A DNA stretch of 64,000 bases from Carcharhinus amblyrhynchos (taxonomy: Eukaryota): assembly GCA_965287045.1 (NCBI GenBank), contig OZ336871.1, positions 31,248,001-31,312,000 of the forward strand. Direction: 5' to 3'. The translations under genes were made by a program, and so were the position numbers. Positions 61,091-64,000 of this stretch are shown here, piece after piece. The notes under the pieces are model-generated. The model did no database searches, was not told where the DNA came from, and worked only from the letters and a program-made list of their open reading frames with translations. Each line of letters opens with the position of its first letter. Position 1 is the first letter of the stretch.

Positions 61091-64000
61091 CGTAACAAAA
61101 GATATGGATAACGGTTTCCCTTTCAAACTATTTCTTACCAAGCTATTGTCATAGGCTGGATATTCCTGATTTCATCACTTCGTGTTCAGCACAGTGCATC
61201 AGCCCACCATCCCAACCCCAGCCTCATTTGCAACATATTCACAGTGGGCTCCCAGAAAGATTTCCTTCAACAAGTTGAAACCCAATACTGTCCACTAAGA
61301 GATTACAGGTGACATTTGCAGAGGGGGCACTCCTATGGCACAAGAAGAACCATACAACACAGAAGGAGGCCATTCAGCCCATCGAGTCTGCACTGATTCT
61401 CTGAAACAGCATCTTACTCAAAGGCAATTTAGCATGGCCAATCCACTCAACTGTAACATCAATGCACTGTGGGAGGAAACCAGAGCACCTGGAGGAAATC
61501 TACACAGACATGGAGGAGAAAGTCTGTCCGTGTTGAGTTTGCACAGTCACCCAAGGACAGAGTCAAACCTAGGTCCTGGGCACTGAGGCAGAATCCTGCA
61601 GCTTAGAATAGGGATAACAGGGCTGAAAGAAACCATTCACAAAGCTTCAGCTGCAGCTGAAATCTTTAGCGATAGGTTAGGGAAGCAAATTAGCAGGAAA
61701 AGGGGACCACACGTAGAGTCAATTCCACCAATACTCAGGGCCGGGCACCAAACTTCATTGGTGGCCCCCATGAGGAGTGCAAATGGAGGCACCAGGAACC
61801 TAGGCCCAGCCCTGTTATTATTTACAAAGTGAATAGAGAGAAAGCAAAGATGGAGGTCAGGTCAATGAGATACTAGATGATTTCAATGCCAGTCTTGTCA
61901 CTTTTCTGCTGCTCCCTGTACAAATCCAATGTCTTTTTATTATGTTCCTTTCTCTGTTATGTTTAACTACATGATCTCATCTCTAAAGACAACTCCTTTG
62001 TCTACCTTCTATCTATTTCTATAAGTATGTGGTGGATTGGCCATGATAAATTGCCCCTTAGTGTCCAAAGATTTGTAAGTTAGCTGTTCTTTTGGAGAGT
62101 CAGTGAAGGCTCAATAGGCCCAGTGCACTGTAGGGATTCTGTTTCTTCATAACATCACTGGTTTCCGTGTTGTTATTCTCGTGTCTTTCAGTTTACAATG
62201 TTCCCACCTAGCCCCTGGAGTTAGCAACAAAAAAAGCAATAGAAAAAAAGAAAGGAATTTGAAGCACATTAATACAACTGACATCAGCAGCTAAGGTTAC
62301 ACAATAATAACTGGTAAAAGATTAGAAAAGTAAACAGTCTGGAGTGAAAATTCCAGGACATCCTGACATTGACATGATTTTCAAGAGGAGGGTCTCTGGC
62401 ATAGATTCGGTTTAGCAAATATTTACCTGTGCAGGTGTGTCTTCAAGTGAGATTACCATTCATACTGGATTCCAACAGGTTTTTAAAGGGAGAGGCCAGT
62501 AATTTAATCTAACACTACTGTTATGGTACTGGATGAAGCATGGTACAGAGGTCTAGAATTGTGAAATTGGTCAACAGATAAAGTAATTTATGGGGTGACA
62601 CCAGAGGAAAATGAAATTGGACACATCTAGATCATTATAAAATACCAAATGATTTTATTAATGTTTAAGGGAAAGGAAAATTCCTGCTCTGATTTGATGT
62701 TAGGATTTTTGTCTCATGTAGGTCGGAGGCTTCTTGAAGTCTTCAATGCTTCAAAGGATGGGTAATAAAGACTGGCCAATATCACAAGTGTGACCAATAT
62801 CGCAAGAAAAACTACATGCCTTTGGCATTTAAGTACCTTTGGTAGTTGTTATTAGTGCCCTTCAGCAGCACAACACAAGCTGAAAGTTTACTGAGCCCAT
62901 TAGCCCAAGGAGACTCCAAAGATGTGCAGGTTATGTAGCTTAGCCATGCTAAATTGCCCCTTAGTTTCAGCTGGACTAACAGGATGAGTAAGTGGAGTTG
63001 TAGGGATGGGGTCTGGATGGGATTGTTGTTGGTGCAGGCTCAATGGGTTGAATGGCCTCCTTCTACACTGTAGGGACTCTCTGGAGACAATCATTTTTCT
63101 CCAATTGGAACTGGACAAAAATGCAAAAGATCAGGGACAGCAAATTAGATGCCTTTGAGAAGTTCAATTGGAATTCCTTACCATCACCTTAAAATGGTGC
63201 ATCAAACCTACACGGTGATTTACTCAAGAGCCATCAACTGGTTACCCTCCTCCCCATCCTTTAATATTCTTTCTTTCCAAGCCAATATTTGATACTCTTT
63301 CAAAAAGGAAATGCTTGGATACTTCAGGAATGCTCTACATAAGAACAAGGAGCAGGTGTAGGTAATTCAGCTACTTGAACCTGCTTCTCCTGCCATTCAA
63401 TACAAGAATGGCTGATCTCATCTCCTGTCCATTCTCCATAACCCTTCAACCCTTTACTAATTAAAAATCTGTCTGTCTATCTATTCCTTAAATTTACTTA
63501 ATGTCCCAATATCAACCGCACTCTGAGGCGGTGAATTCCAATGATTCACGACCCTTTGAATTGGCTACATCTTATCCTAAAACTGTGGCCTCTTGTTCTA
63601 GATTGCCCCACAAGAGAGTTGGTGCAGCCCATCAAGTCTGCACTAACTATCTGACAGAGGATCTTACCCAGGCCCTCCTATTCCCCATAACCCCACACAT
63701 TTACCATGGCCAGTCTATCTAACCTACACATCCTGGGAGTGTGGGAGGAAACTGGTGCGCCCAGAAGAAACCCACACAGACACAAGGAGAACATGCAAAC
63801 TCCACACATTCACCCAAAAGCCTTGTCAGCAGGAAGGCCAAAGCTTAAAGCTGCATGTACATTCTGGAGCAATTTTGAGGACTTGAATTCATTGGAAACC
63901 AAACATCAAGAATAAAAGCCCCATAGTTTTGTTACATATTCAAGAACGAATTTTAGCTCTAGCCCCTAGAATAGAGGAGTGAGAAGGTAAAATGGATCAA

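Noticed and set aside
1144-63915. Many recurring short ORFs (MAQWLALLPHS..., MVSTAASQCQG...)
   Set aside because: They are translations of HE1/V-SINE copies, not a peptide gene family

Overview
Eukaryotic genomic DNA from an elasmobranch (shark), judged from dense HE1/V-type tRNA-derived SINEs and HER1/CR1-type LINEs. One complete host gene is present: RNF144B (RBR E3 ubiquitin ligase) on the minus strand. It has 7 coding exons (57466 to 26251) with canonical GT-AG junctions that join in frame into 921 nt (306 aa plus stop), and a probable ~2.1 kb 3' UTR. The rest is mostly transposon remnants: a decayed hAT transposase, a Ty3/Gypsy pol remnant, a near-complete two-gene PIF/Harbinger element (transposase plus Myb/SANT partner), Harbinger-type MITEs, CR1, Rex1/Babar and L2 fragments, and Penelope-like (PLE) remnants. 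The most notable structures are a perfect 90-bp-arm palindrome carrying an intact minimal hammerhead ribozyme core, inserted with a 14-bp direct repeat into an older relative; a transposon-borne minisatellite with four co-oriented CTCF-like motifs; and short templated inverted duplications. I see no evidence strong enough to claim a wholly new biological system. Repeat boundaries are approximate; exon boundaries were read base by base.
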